Below, piece after piece: positions 7,560 to 15,380 of a stretch of 17,429 nucleotides of DNA. A program made the translations under genes and the position numbers. The notes under the pieces were generated by a model that saw only the letters and a list, made by a program, of their open reading frames with translations, was not told the DNA's origin and searched no databases. The stretch's first letter is position 1, and each line of letters opens with the position of its first letter. Source of the stretch: Promethearchaeota archaeon (lineage in GTDB: Archaea; Asgardarchaeota; Thorarchaeia; Thorarchaeales; Thorarchaeaceae); NCBI GenBank assembly GCA_027031765.1, contig JALVPN010000052.1:1-17429 (forward strand), in the 5' to 3' direction.

Positions 7560-9224
7560 ATGCAGGTATACCCGGTACTGGTCGATGGTGAGGAGGTAGA
7601 CACAGGGGTCCACGTGGAGTTCCCGGACATGGAACAGGTCGTGGAGGACCCGGGCATCGGCATTGCGCTCCGCATGAAACGGATGCCTGCTGTGGCAGGG
7701 CTGGTGTTCCGGTACCTGCCGGGACTGATACCGGGGAGCAGGGCAGAGGCACGGTATCTCCGGGACTACAGGCGGCACCACGGGGTCCCCAAGTACACAC
7801 GTGACGAGCTGGAGAACGCCGTGTATGCACTGGTGTGCCAGTCCCGGGAGGAGGACATACGGCGCGCGCTTGCAGCTGGGACTCGCGACCACAGACGCCT
7901 GTACAACCCGTTCAGGTGGCCCGGGATGGGTGTGACACTGGAGGGACGTGTGGATGCACTCTACCGTGCAGGCCTAGCAGTGAGGGACAGGTACGACGAG
8001 TTCAGGGAGGTCTCGGTGAGAGAGGGGGTGCCAGTGAGGACGTTCGAGTGGACATGGCGCATGTTCACGGAGTACCTTGAAAGGGAGACCTTCGAGTTGT
8101 GGGCGCAGGAGCTGGACGTGGTGAGCGCGCCGGGGAGGGACGGGGGACAGAACTACCGGTTCAGGGAACCATATGGTGTGGCCTGCTTGTTCACGCCGTA
8201 CAACTCGCCACTGGCACTCGGGATCCTGAGCATAACATCATCAGTACTCGCTGGCAACGCGACAGTGCTGAAGCCACCGAGCAAGGTGCCACTGTCAACG
8301 GTCCTGCTCGCCCGGGTGTTCGTGACGGCCTTCCGCGAGCTCGGGATGCCACGGGCGATGCTGCAACTACTGACCGGTGGCGGAAAGACCATGATGGCGC
8401 GGTTCATTTCGGACCCGGCAGTGGGTGCCCTGGTGTGGTACGGCGACAGCGACACAGGGATTGGACTGTGGGCGGAGGCGACCCTGCGGCGGGTACAGAT
8501 GGCGCCAGAACTTGCGGGGAGCGACGCATGTCTTGTGTGGGGACGTGATGTCGACCTTGAGGCTGCGGCCAGGATGGTCGTGAGGGGGCGGTACCTGGGC
8601 AGCGGGCAGGCGTGTATGGCGGTCAAGAGGCTCCTCGTACAGGACCAGCTACACGACGACCTCGTGGCACTGATAGTGGAGGGGGCAGAACAGCTGCGGG
8701 TCGGCCTGCCGTCGGATCCGTCGGTAGACCTGCCGCCAGTGGGGGTGAACGCAATGTACACGCTCCTCGACCAGATGGAAGACGCCCGTGCAAAGGGCGC
8801 CCGGGTGGTTACGGGGGGTTACAGGTGTGACCACACGGGTGCAGAAGACCCGGCAGGACTTTTCTACAGGCCGACCGTGCTCACCGACGTGACACTGGAC
8901 ATGCGTGTGATGCGCGAGGAGGTGTTTGCACCTGCACTCCCGGTATACAGGGTGCGGTCGCTGGACGAGGCGATTGCAGTCGCCAACTCCTCACGGTTCG
9001 GTCTGCGGTCGTCGATATTCACATCGGAGGAGGGGGCAGTACGCAGGTGGACGAAGGACGTGGAGGCTGCGGGCGTCATCGTCGGACAGGACCACCTGTA
9101 CTTCGACCCGCACATGCCACACCTGGGCGGGTACAAGGACTCTGGCATCATCGGTGCAAAGTACTTCCCGGTGATGCTGACACGCCTCAAGTATGTTCAT
9201 TTAGGCCCGGGAGTACGACTCTGA
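7560..9224 (+). CDS. Aldehyde dehydrogenase family protein, divergent, with N-terminal insertion, ~554 aa
   Basis: EPYGV...PYN, LAGN..VLKP, ELAG (catalytic Glu), GQAC (catalytic Cys), EEVFAP, FGL, LGGYKDSG. ATG 7560 (MQVYPVLVDGEEV) preferred; GTG 7488 is possible. Confidence 0.9.
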   Translation: MQVYPVLVDGEEVDTGVHVEFPDMEQVVEDPGIGIALRMKRMPAVAGLVFRYLPGLIPGSRAEARYLRDYRRHHGVPKYTRDELENAVYALVCQSREEDIRRALAAGTRDHRRLYNPFRWPGMGVTLEGRVDALYRAGLAVRDRYDEFREVSVREGVPVRTFEWTWRMFTEYLERETFELWAQELDVVSAPGRDGGQNYRFREPYGVACLFTPYNSPLALGILSITSSVLAGNATVLKPPSKVPLSTVLLARVFVTAFRELGMPRAMLQLLTGGGKTMMARFISDPAVGALVWYGDSDTGIGLWAEATLRRVQMAPELAGSDACLVWGRDVDLEAAARMVVRGRYLGSGQACMAVKRLLVQDQLHDDLVALIVEGAEQLRVGLPSDPSVDLPPVGVNAMYTLLDQMEDARAKGARVVTGGYRCDHTGAEDPAGLFYRPTVLTDVTLDMRVMREEVFAPALPVYRVRSLDEAIAVANSSRFGLRSSIFTSEEGAVRRWTKDVEAAGVIVGQDHLYFDPHMPHLGGYKDSGIIGAKYFPVMLTRLKYVHLGPGVRL

Positions 9225-9270
9225 TGACCACCAGAGGACTGGAGAAGAGATAGGGAGCACGGTGTGCACA

Positions 9271-10605
9271 ATGGAGAAGGAGACCCCATCATCTCTGTCA
9301 TCAGTACGACAACTTGCTGTCAGGGCGCTGGAACAGTATGACAGCGGGAGGGGCTCTATGAGGAAGGTGCTCCGGGGGCTGGTGGGTGTTGGACTGACCG
9401 CCGACCAGCATGGGGTACTCTACTCCCTGACACTGGGGACGGTGCGGCGGCTCAATACGATTGACTTCATCATTGCCCGGACTCTGCGCCGCTCCCGACT
9501 CGACACGCTCGCCGCGGAGAGGCGTGCCGCACTCCGGCTCGCCATCTATGAGTGCAGGTGGGGCGGGTCAAGACTGAGCAGGGCCGTCGAGGCGTACTTC
9601 CCAGACGACACAGAGATGGCAAGAGTTGTCAGGCGTGCTCAGGGCCTCGACCTTGACAGTGCCACCGCACACCTCCTACTGGCCAACCAGCTCAGCATCA
9701 AGTGTTCACACCCGACCTTTCTGGTCGAGACGCTCCTCGGACACCTCCCCGAGGAGGAAGTGCGTGAGCTGCTGAAGAAGAACAACGACCGCCGGAAGCA
9801 CTACCTCAGGGTGAACCAGTTCCGGGCGCGGAACAATGACGATATCATTGGTCACCTCCGTGAGCTGGGTGCAAAGATTGTCCCCGACCCTGACATCGAC
9901 GGCCTGTTCCAAGTCGTGGAGAACGCCCAAAAGGTCATCGACTCGCAGTACTTTGTCGACGGCGACGTGATGGTACAGGACAAGGCCAGCGTGGTCACCG
10001 TGAAGGCCCTCGACCCGCAGCCCGGAGAGGTCGTCTGGGACGCATGCGCTGCCCCCGGCCAGAAGACCGAGCTGATATGGGAGCTCATGAGGGGAGAGGG
10101 GCGGCTGGTAGCATCCGATGTCCACAGGCAACGCGCCCGGGACGCAAAGGAGCGGCTCGACAGGTTCGGCTGTCCCGGCGTCCAGTGGGTCCACGGGGAT
10201 GCCTCAACAGCCCTAGTCCGTGGTGCCGACCGCGTCCTCATTGATGCGCCGTGCACCTCGGTCGGGATGGTACAGAGCCACCCGTCCTTCAAGTGGCGGC
10301 TGAACCGACGGGCACTCCTGAACCTGACAACAGTCCAGAACAAGATACTTACCGGCATTGTCAAGGCGTACAGCGGCTGCCCGGACACGGTCTTCGTGTA
10401 CTCGACGTGCTCGCTCCTACCCCAGGAGGGGGAGTGGCAGGTGGACTCGCTGCTGCGCACCTTTGACATCGAGCTGCTAGACCCGGGCTGCACCGGTGAC
10501 CCGGGGTATGCCGGTTTCGAGTGCTCGCAGTACGTCCGGAGGCTCTTCCCACACAGACACGAGACGCACGGCTTCTTCATAGCTAAGTTCAGGGTCGGGA
10601 GCTGA
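9271..10605 (+). CDS. RsmB/NOP (Sun/Fmu) RNA cytosine-C5 methyltransferase with NusB-like N-domain
   Basis: DACAAPGQKT (motif I), DAPCTSVG (motif IV Cys), YSTCSL (motif VI Cys), PH...THGFFIAK; N-terminal LGTVRRLNTIDFII...LRLAIYE. Confidence 0.92.
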   Translation: MEKETPSSLSSVRQLAVRALEQYDSGRGSMRKVLRGLVGVGLTADQHGVLYSLTLGTVRRLNTIDFIIARTLRRSRLDTLAAERRAALRLAIYECRWGGSRLSRAVEAYFPDDTEMARVVRRAQGLDLDSATAHLLLANQLSIKCSHPTFLVETLLGHLPEEEVRELLKKNNDRRKHYLRVNQFRARNNDDIIGHLRELGAKIVPDPDIDGLFQVVENAQKVIDSQYFVDGDVMVQDKASVVTVKALDPQPGEVVWDACAAPGQKTELIWELMRGEGRLVASDVHRQRARDAKERLDRFGCPGVQWVHGDASTALVRGADRVLIDAPCTSVGMVQSHPSFKWRLNRRALLNLTTVQNKILTGIVKAYSGCPDTVFVYSTCSLLPQEGEWQVDSLLRTFDIELLDPGCTGDPGYAGFECSQYVRRLFPHRHETHGFFIAKFRVGS

Positions 10606-11530
10606 GTCGTCGCTCAACAGACTCCATCACCCTGCGCGCGAACTCCCGGTCGTCACGGAAACTCCATGGGATCTTCAGGAAGAGCACCGCCGCCTCGTCA
10701 ATCGTGGCCCGGTCACGCTCGATCAGTGCCTTGAAGACGAGCTTGGTCCACTGGAAGCACACACTGTCTTGGAAGTACTGTTTGAGGTCTGGCCGGGCTG
10801 CGAGCTCGGTGAGGTACATGAGACCGTCCTTTGGGCGCCCGAGCATCAGTTGTGCGAGTGCAGCCATGCACGCAAAGGTGACCCCGTTCTTTGCCATGCC
10901 ACTGGCGAGGTATTTCTCGGCCCCCTCACGGTACTCACGGGCCTTGCGCTCGTACAGACTGCGGCCGTCCACCACTACCACGTCCCTTGGCCCGGTCTTC
11001 TCGGCCTTCTTGAGGGCCAGGCCACCAGCAAGGGCGGCCTTGAGCTCTGCCTGCATTGCCGTGAGGTCGGGCTCGGTCTTCAGCTTGCGGGCAGCAGCAA
11101 TCAGGGACATGCCTGCACGGAAGAGCGACGGCTTGATGTCAGGGCGCCGCACCGTCGGGTCACCGGTGGCAATACCACGCTCATATATGCCCCGTGCATA
11201 CCGGAAGAAGTCATAGCCCCGGTCAATGAGGTTGTTCTTCGTTGCCAGCTCGATGCCCTTGACAAGCGTCATGATCGCATTGTCGGTCTCCTGGAGGTTC
11301 TCGAACTGGTTTGCCGACTCCATGAGCCATAGGAAGGCATCAGTGCTGTTCTCTGCAATGGCCTCCTGGGCCTTGAAGAGGGCGCGGTAGGCGTCCACAC
11401 ACATCACCGCAATGTCCTCGGAAGCACACTTTGCATTGACCTCTGCAGCCGGCAGCCTGACACCCCGCAGTCTACAGGAATAGCCATCAAGCCCCGACTC
11501 CAGCCACTCACACATAGGACCGGCAGCCAT
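10589..11530 (-). CDS. Hypothetical protein: N-terminal Cys4 cluster + alpha-helical (TPR/SNAP-like) repeats
   Basis: 313-aa ORF with normal codon bias; C-x11-C-x15-C-x8-C, then Ala/Leu-rich amphipathic helices. Start 11530 or 11515. Confidence 0.75.
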   Translation of the reverse strand: MAAGPMCEWLESGLDGYSCRLRGVRLPAAEVNAKCASEDIAVMCVDAYRALFKAQEAIAENSTDAFLWLMESANQFENLQETDNAIMTLVKGIELATKNNLIDRGYDFFRYARGIYERGIATGDPTVRRPDIKPSLFRAGMSLIAAARKLKTEPDLTAMQAELKAALAGGLALKKAEKTGPRDVVVVDGRSLYERKAREYREGAEKYLASGMAKNGVTFACMAALAQLMLGRPKDGLMYLTELAARPDLKQYFQDSVCFQWTKLVFKALIERDRATIDEAAVLFLKIPWSFRDDREFARRVMESVERRLSSRP

Positions 11531-11594
11531 ATCTCACATCCCCTGACAGAGTCTATGGGCACCAAGGGGACCGTGTTCTCTGACGCCACTCAGC

Positions 11595-11602
11595 AATAAA
11601 AA
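11595..11602. promoter_or_regulatory. Putative shared TATA element of a divergent gene pair
   Basis: AATAAAAA / TTTTTATT lies ~65 nt from start 11530 and ~64 nt from start 11666. Confidence 0.45.
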
Positions 11603-11665
11603 CCAATGCTCGCTGTATCGCTATGCTTTTCAGCACTGGGGCCCCGGCATAGGTGGGGCCAGTGA

Positions 11666-12064
11666 ATGACCGATGACGACCCAGAGCTTGCACTGCTGCG
11701 ACGAAAGAAGATGGCCGAGCTGATAGAAAGAGAGAAGAGGCGCAAGGCCGAGGCCGAGCGCAAGCAGAAGGTGGACGCTGAACGCGCCAAGCTCCTCAGA
11801 CGGTTCCTGACACCAGACGCGGTCACCTACCTCGAACACCTGAAGGAGTCACAGCCGGGCATCGGACGTCGCGTCGAGGATGTCATACTATACCTGATTG
11901 TGTACCAGGGGTACAGACAGACCGTAACAAGGACGGACCTGATGTATGTGGAGAGGCAGCTGAAGGGAGAGGGGCCACGGATCCGTGTGCAGCGCGATGG
12001 CGAGGTCTCCGACTTTGGGAGCTACGTGCGTGATGCCGTGCGTCGCCACAGCTCATCCGACTAG
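11666..12064 (+). CDS. PDCD5/TFAR19-like double-stranded DNA-binding protein
   Basis: DPELALLRRKKMAEL...AER..LLRRFLTPDA..YL..LK...P.....VE..ILYL matches the PDCD5 pattern (D.EL..IR, LTPEA..RL, P..A..VE). Confidence 0.75.
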   Translation: MTDDDPELALLRRKKMAELIEREKRRKAEAERKQKVDAERAKLLRRFLTPDAVTYLEHLKESQPGIGRRVEDVILYLIVYQGYRQTVTRTDLMYVERQLKGEGPRIRVQRDGEVSDFGSYVRDAVRRHSSSD

Positions 12065-12957
12065 CTGGACGAGAGGGCACGCATCTTCCACTCACGCACC
12101 TTGTACTTGAGCGACTCGGTGTCACCACCCGCACTGCGCCATGAGGATGCGGTCCTCCGCATCTCGAACATGAGGGCACCACCACGGCTCAGCTGTTGCT
12201 CAAGCGCATCAGCAGCCTCTTCGAGCGCCCTTGCCACAACGGCAGGCTCGTCAGTACGGCCGATGATGTCTACCAGTGAGTCGAATATCTCAGCCGGACT
12301 TGCGGTCTGCCAGGCTGCGGTCGGTACCTCCACCTCCGTGTACTTGCGTCCCAGCACGACTGTCTGCGCGTCCTTGAACTCCAGCTCCCCCGCATCAACA
12401 AGACCGTCCACTGCGCTGGCGACCTCCTGCACATCAGCCACAAGGGCAGCAGCGATTTCTTCGAGCCGCGCGCGGCGTTTCTGGAACAGCAGCAGGAAGA
12501 CCTTGTGTTCGAGGTCACCGACCTCCATGAGTGTCTGGCGTAGCCGGTCGACTGCGCCCTCTTCTCCGGTCACGACTGCGAGAGAGGCGTCCTGGAGGCG
12601 CGACAGACGGCCTTGGAGGGAGCCGAGCAGGCGCTGGGACTCTTCCACCTGACCCCTCAGGTCATCCGTTGCACCGGGTGTACGGACACGGGGCGCGGCG
12701 GACTGTCCGGCCCTCATGCTCTGGACCTCCTTTCCCAGCCGGTCAAGCGCGTCCTTGTAGCGCCGTACTTCGGCCCGTAATGCCTGTGTCTCCTGTTCCT
12801 TCTCTGCCACCTGTTGCTCCAAGGTCTCGACCCGTACTGTGAGCTCGTTCGCCCTCCGACGACTTGCCGCGAGCTGTGCGTGGAGGGTCTCAATCTTCTG
12901 GTTGAGGGCTGCAATCTGGAGCGTCTTCTCACGCAACCGTTCGTTGATGTCGGACAT
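12061..12957 (-). CDS. Hypothetical protein: long coiled coil + winged helix + C-terminal helical domain, ~298 aa
   Basis: Heptad-rich residues ~1-125; wHTH-like KVFLLLFQKRRARLEEIAAAL..DVQEV..AVDGLVDAGELEF; C-terminal helical bundle ending LKYKVREWKMRA. ATG 12957 (GTG 12963 alternative). Confidence 0.8.
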   Translation of the reverse strand: MSDINERLREKTLQIAALNQKIETLHAQLAASRRRANELTVRVETLEQQVAEKEQETQALRAEVRRYKDALDRLGKEVQSMRAGQSAAPRVRTPGATDDLRGQVEESQRLLGSLQGRLSRLQDASLAVVTGEEGAVDRLRQTLMEVGDLEHKVFLLLFQKRRARLEEIAAALVADVQEVASAVDGLVDAGELEFKDAQTVVLGRKYTEVEVPTAAWQTASPAEIFDSLVDIIGRTDEPAVVARALEEAADALEQQLSRGGALMFEMRRTASSWRSAGGDTESLKYKVREWKMRALSSS

Positions 12958-12988
12958 GTACACTCAACGAGCAGTACAATCCAGACCA

Positions 12989-12994
12989 TTAAAA
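12989..12994. promoter_or_regulatory. Putative bidirectional TATA box
   Basis: TTAAAA / TTTTAA centred 32 nt from ATG 12957 and 30 nt from ATG 13024, suggesting near-leaderless transcripts. Confidence 0.55.
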
Positions 12995-13023
12995 GCAAAT
13001 CCCTCACCGACCCTACGGTCACA

Positions 13024-13785
13024 ATGCAGTACTTTGATGCGCACACGCACCTCGACATGAAGCACTATGATAACGACCGCGACCGCGTGATTGCACGTGC
13101 TCGTGATGCAGGACTGGTGGGCATGGTCACCTCGTCCACAGGACCGGGCTCGTTCAGACGGACCCTCGGTATCGTTGAGAAGTACCCGGGCCTCGTCCAC
13201 CACTCTGCGGGCTGCATTGTGTCACGCCTCACGCCCGGAGAGGCGGAGAAAATAGTCGTGCTGACGCGGCGGTACGCCTCCCAGATAGTCGCTGTGGGAG
13301 AGGTAGGCCTTGACTACTACTGGGTGCGTGATGCCGGGGCACGGAGGGCACAGGAGCCGCTGTTCCTGAGATTCATAGAGCTCGCAAGCGAACTCGCCCT
13401 GCCGATGGTCGTCCATGCGCGGAGAGCCGAGAGAGAGGCAGCCGAAATGCTTGAGCGACACTTCGACGGCGACGTGCTGATGCACTGTTTCGACGGGCCG
13501 AGGGAAGTGGCACAGCAGGTGGCCGACAATGGGTGGTCAGTCACATTGCCAGCGAACTTCAGCAGGTACAGGAACCGTCGTGAGGCTGCGAAACTCCTTC
13601 CGTTGACACAGCTCATGCTTGAGACCGACGGGCCGTACCTGTCACCTACAAGTGGACGAAACGAGCCGGCAAACGTACGTCTCGGCTGCAGGGCGCTGGC
13701 AGAGCTCCTCGGGCTCGAACCACAGGAGGTGGCAAAGGTCACCACAGACAACGCACTGAGGTTCTACCGACTCGGGGGCCCCTGA
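13024..13785 (+). CDS. tatD: TatD family metal-dependent hydrolase (DNase), ~253 aa
   Basis: FDAHTHLD, GEVGLDYY, VVHAR, MHCF, ETDGPY and RNEP motifs. ATG 13024; the ORF-track extension is spurious. Confidence 0.93.
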   Translation: MQYFDAHTHLDMKHYDNDRDRVIARARDAGLVGMVTSSTGPGSFRRTLGIVEKYPGLVHHSAGCIVSRLTPGEAEKIVVLTRRYASQIVAVGEVGLDYYWVRDAGARRAQEPLFLRFIELASELALPMVVHARRAEREAAEMLERHFDGDVLMHCFDGPREVAQQVADNGWSVTLPANFSRYRNRREAAKLLPLTQLMLETDGPYLSPTSGRNEPANVRLGCRALAELLGLEPQEVAKVTTDNALRFYRLGGP

Positions 13786-13839
13786 CCGATAGTGCCAAAT
13801 GCAAATGTTGGTCTCTGAGAGTGAGGGAACGAGTACAAC

Positions 13840-14637
13840 ATGTACGAACGTCAGTTCATCAACTTTGACGGCATCTCCCTGAGAGACCCAGTCGCCATAA
13901 TCGGACTGCCCGGCATAGCGAGTGTGGGAAAGATAGCTGTGGAAACGCTGGCCTCCGTACTCCATGCGCAGAAGGTGATGGACTTCTTCTGCGACGACTT
14001 CCCACCGCGAGTCATTGTACGTGATGGCATCTCTCACTTCCCAAAGTCGTCACTGTACCTCTACAGGGCCGCGCCTGACGAACCACACGATGTCCTCATA
14101 CTCAGCGGGGACTTCCAGCCGACCTCAAGCCAAGGGGTGTTCGAGTACGCCGACTACGTTGCAAAGAAACTGAGCTACCTTGGCACAAAGGAGGCATACG
14201 CACTGGCCGCCTACGAACAGGGCTACGAGGAGTTCTTTGCGTTCTACGGTGAGCACGGTCGGGCACGGGTATACGTCACGGCGAGCTCGGAGGAGATCCT
14301 TGAGCGGGCCATGTGTTGCGAGGGCACGATAAGGTTCGCATATGGAGCGGTCAACGGTGCCAACGGTGTCATACCGGCATGGGCACATACGATGTACGGG
14401 ATTGAGAGCGCGTGCTTCCTCGGCGAAACACTGGGCATGATCAAGCTCGACTACAGGGCAGCCCAGCGGGTACTGGAGGTCATCTCGTCACTCACCGACC
14501 TGGAACTAGACCTGTCAGTCCTAGACGACGACGCTGAGAAGGTCAGGGAGTTCCTAGCGTGGGCGCAGAAGGAGATTGCCCAGAGGGAATCGGAGGAGAG
14601 CGACGGCGAGCGGCCGCCAGACAGGTACATCGGCTGA
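13840..14637 (+). CDS. PAC2 family (proteasome assembly chaperone-like) protein
   Basis: PVAIIGLPGIASVGKIA, DFPPRV, ILSGDFQP, G.NG, CFLGET...D.RAA..VL and a C-terminal RYIG. Confidence 0.85.
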   Translation: MYERQFINFDGISLRDPVAIIGLPGIASVGKIAVETLASVLHAQKVMDFFCDDFPPRVIVRDGISHFPKSSLYLYRAAPDEPHDVLILSGDFQPTSSQGVFEYADYVAKKLSYLGTKEAYALAAYEQGYEEFFAFYGEHGRARVYVTASSEEILERAMCCEGTIRFAYGAVNGANGVIPAWAHTMYGIESACFLGETLGMIKLDYRAAQRVLEVISSLTDLELDLSVLDDDAEKVREFLAWAQKEIAQRESEESDGERPPDRYIG

Positions 14638-14682
14638 GGCAGTCCCCACAGCGTGCATGGCCCACCAGTACACCCAGAACAG

Positions 14683-14874
14683 TCACTCGACCAGCTCAGG
14701 GCCCAGTACATCACTCACAGAACCCCGACTGTCAAGGTTCACATAGAAGTGGTGGTCGTTGTGCTCCACACGCACTGTCACTGGGAACCGGTGGTGACCG
14801 GCCACGAGCTCAGGGCCCGAATCAACAGGCGCCATCTCAGAACAGACAGGACATCGCACGTACTTCTTGACCAT
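14683..14874 (-). CDS. Small putative Zn-binding protein (CxxC...HxxH), ~63 aa
   Basis: MVKKYVRCPVC...FPVTVRVEHNDHHFYVNLDSRGSV. GAGGT precedes ATG 14874; an alternative GTG at 14913 overlaps the upstream TGA (GTGA). Confidence 0.7.
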   Translation of the reverse strand: MVKKYVRCPVCSEMAPVDSGPELVAGHHRFPVTVRVEHNDHHFYVNLDSRGSVSDVLGPELVE

Positions 14875-14909
14875 CGATACGACCTCTTTTCCAGACAGAA
14901 CGGTGTCGG

Positions 14910-15317
14910 TCACTCGGCGCGTACCCGGCTACTGACACTGACGACCAGCCCCGCCGAGTAGTCCGCAGGGTGCATGAGCACCCGGGTGAAGACCTCAACC
15001 ATCTCCCGGGGCCCCATCGTGAGGACGTGCCCGCCATCCGCAGCCACAATCCGCAGGTTCTCATAGACTCCTGACTCGACGAGGATCTTGAAAGGGACAC
15101 CCCCTGACACCCCGGCGAGTACTGCGAACCTGTCAAAGTCCTTGAACTCGTCCTTCGGGCCCCGGAGCTGTGCAGTGACACGCTCCACGTTCTGGGACTC
15201 AAGGAGGCCCTTCAGCAGAAAGGCACGAATGACAATGTTGCCGACCTTGCGGCGCACATCCGTGAACTCGTCAACGTGTCCGTCCTCGTACTTCAACTTC
15301 CAAGCATGAGGCGTCAA
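14910..15317 (-). CDS. Hypothetical protein, ~135 aa
   Basis: (M)TPHAWKLKYEDGHVDEF...; GC3-rich codons from TTG 15317, preceded by GAGGGA and a TATA box at 15365-15371. Confidence 0.7.
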   Translation of the reverse strand: MTPHAWKLKYEDGHVDEFTDVRRKVGNIVIRAFLLKGLLESQNVERVTAQLRGPKDEFKDFDRFAVLAGVSGGVPFKILVESGVYENLRIVAADGGHVLTMGPREMVEVFTRVLMHPADYSAGLVVSVSSRVRAE

Positions 15318-15364
15318 TGCACATCCCTCGTAGGTTGAGTTGCAACAACACACCGAGTCATTTG

Positions 15365-15371
15365 TTTTATA
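15365..15371 (-). promoter_or_regulatory. TATA box for the two-gene minus-strand unit
   Basis: TATAAAA on the minus strand, ~48 nt upstream of TTG 15317. Confidence 0.65.
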
Positions 15372-15380
15372 GAAGTTCCG

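Noticed and set aside
1824-12957. A single eukaryote-like trafficking gene cluster (longin, 7TM, SNAP-like, coiled coil)
   Set aside because: The genes are scattered among housekeeping genes in different orientations with no operon link, so they are reported separately.
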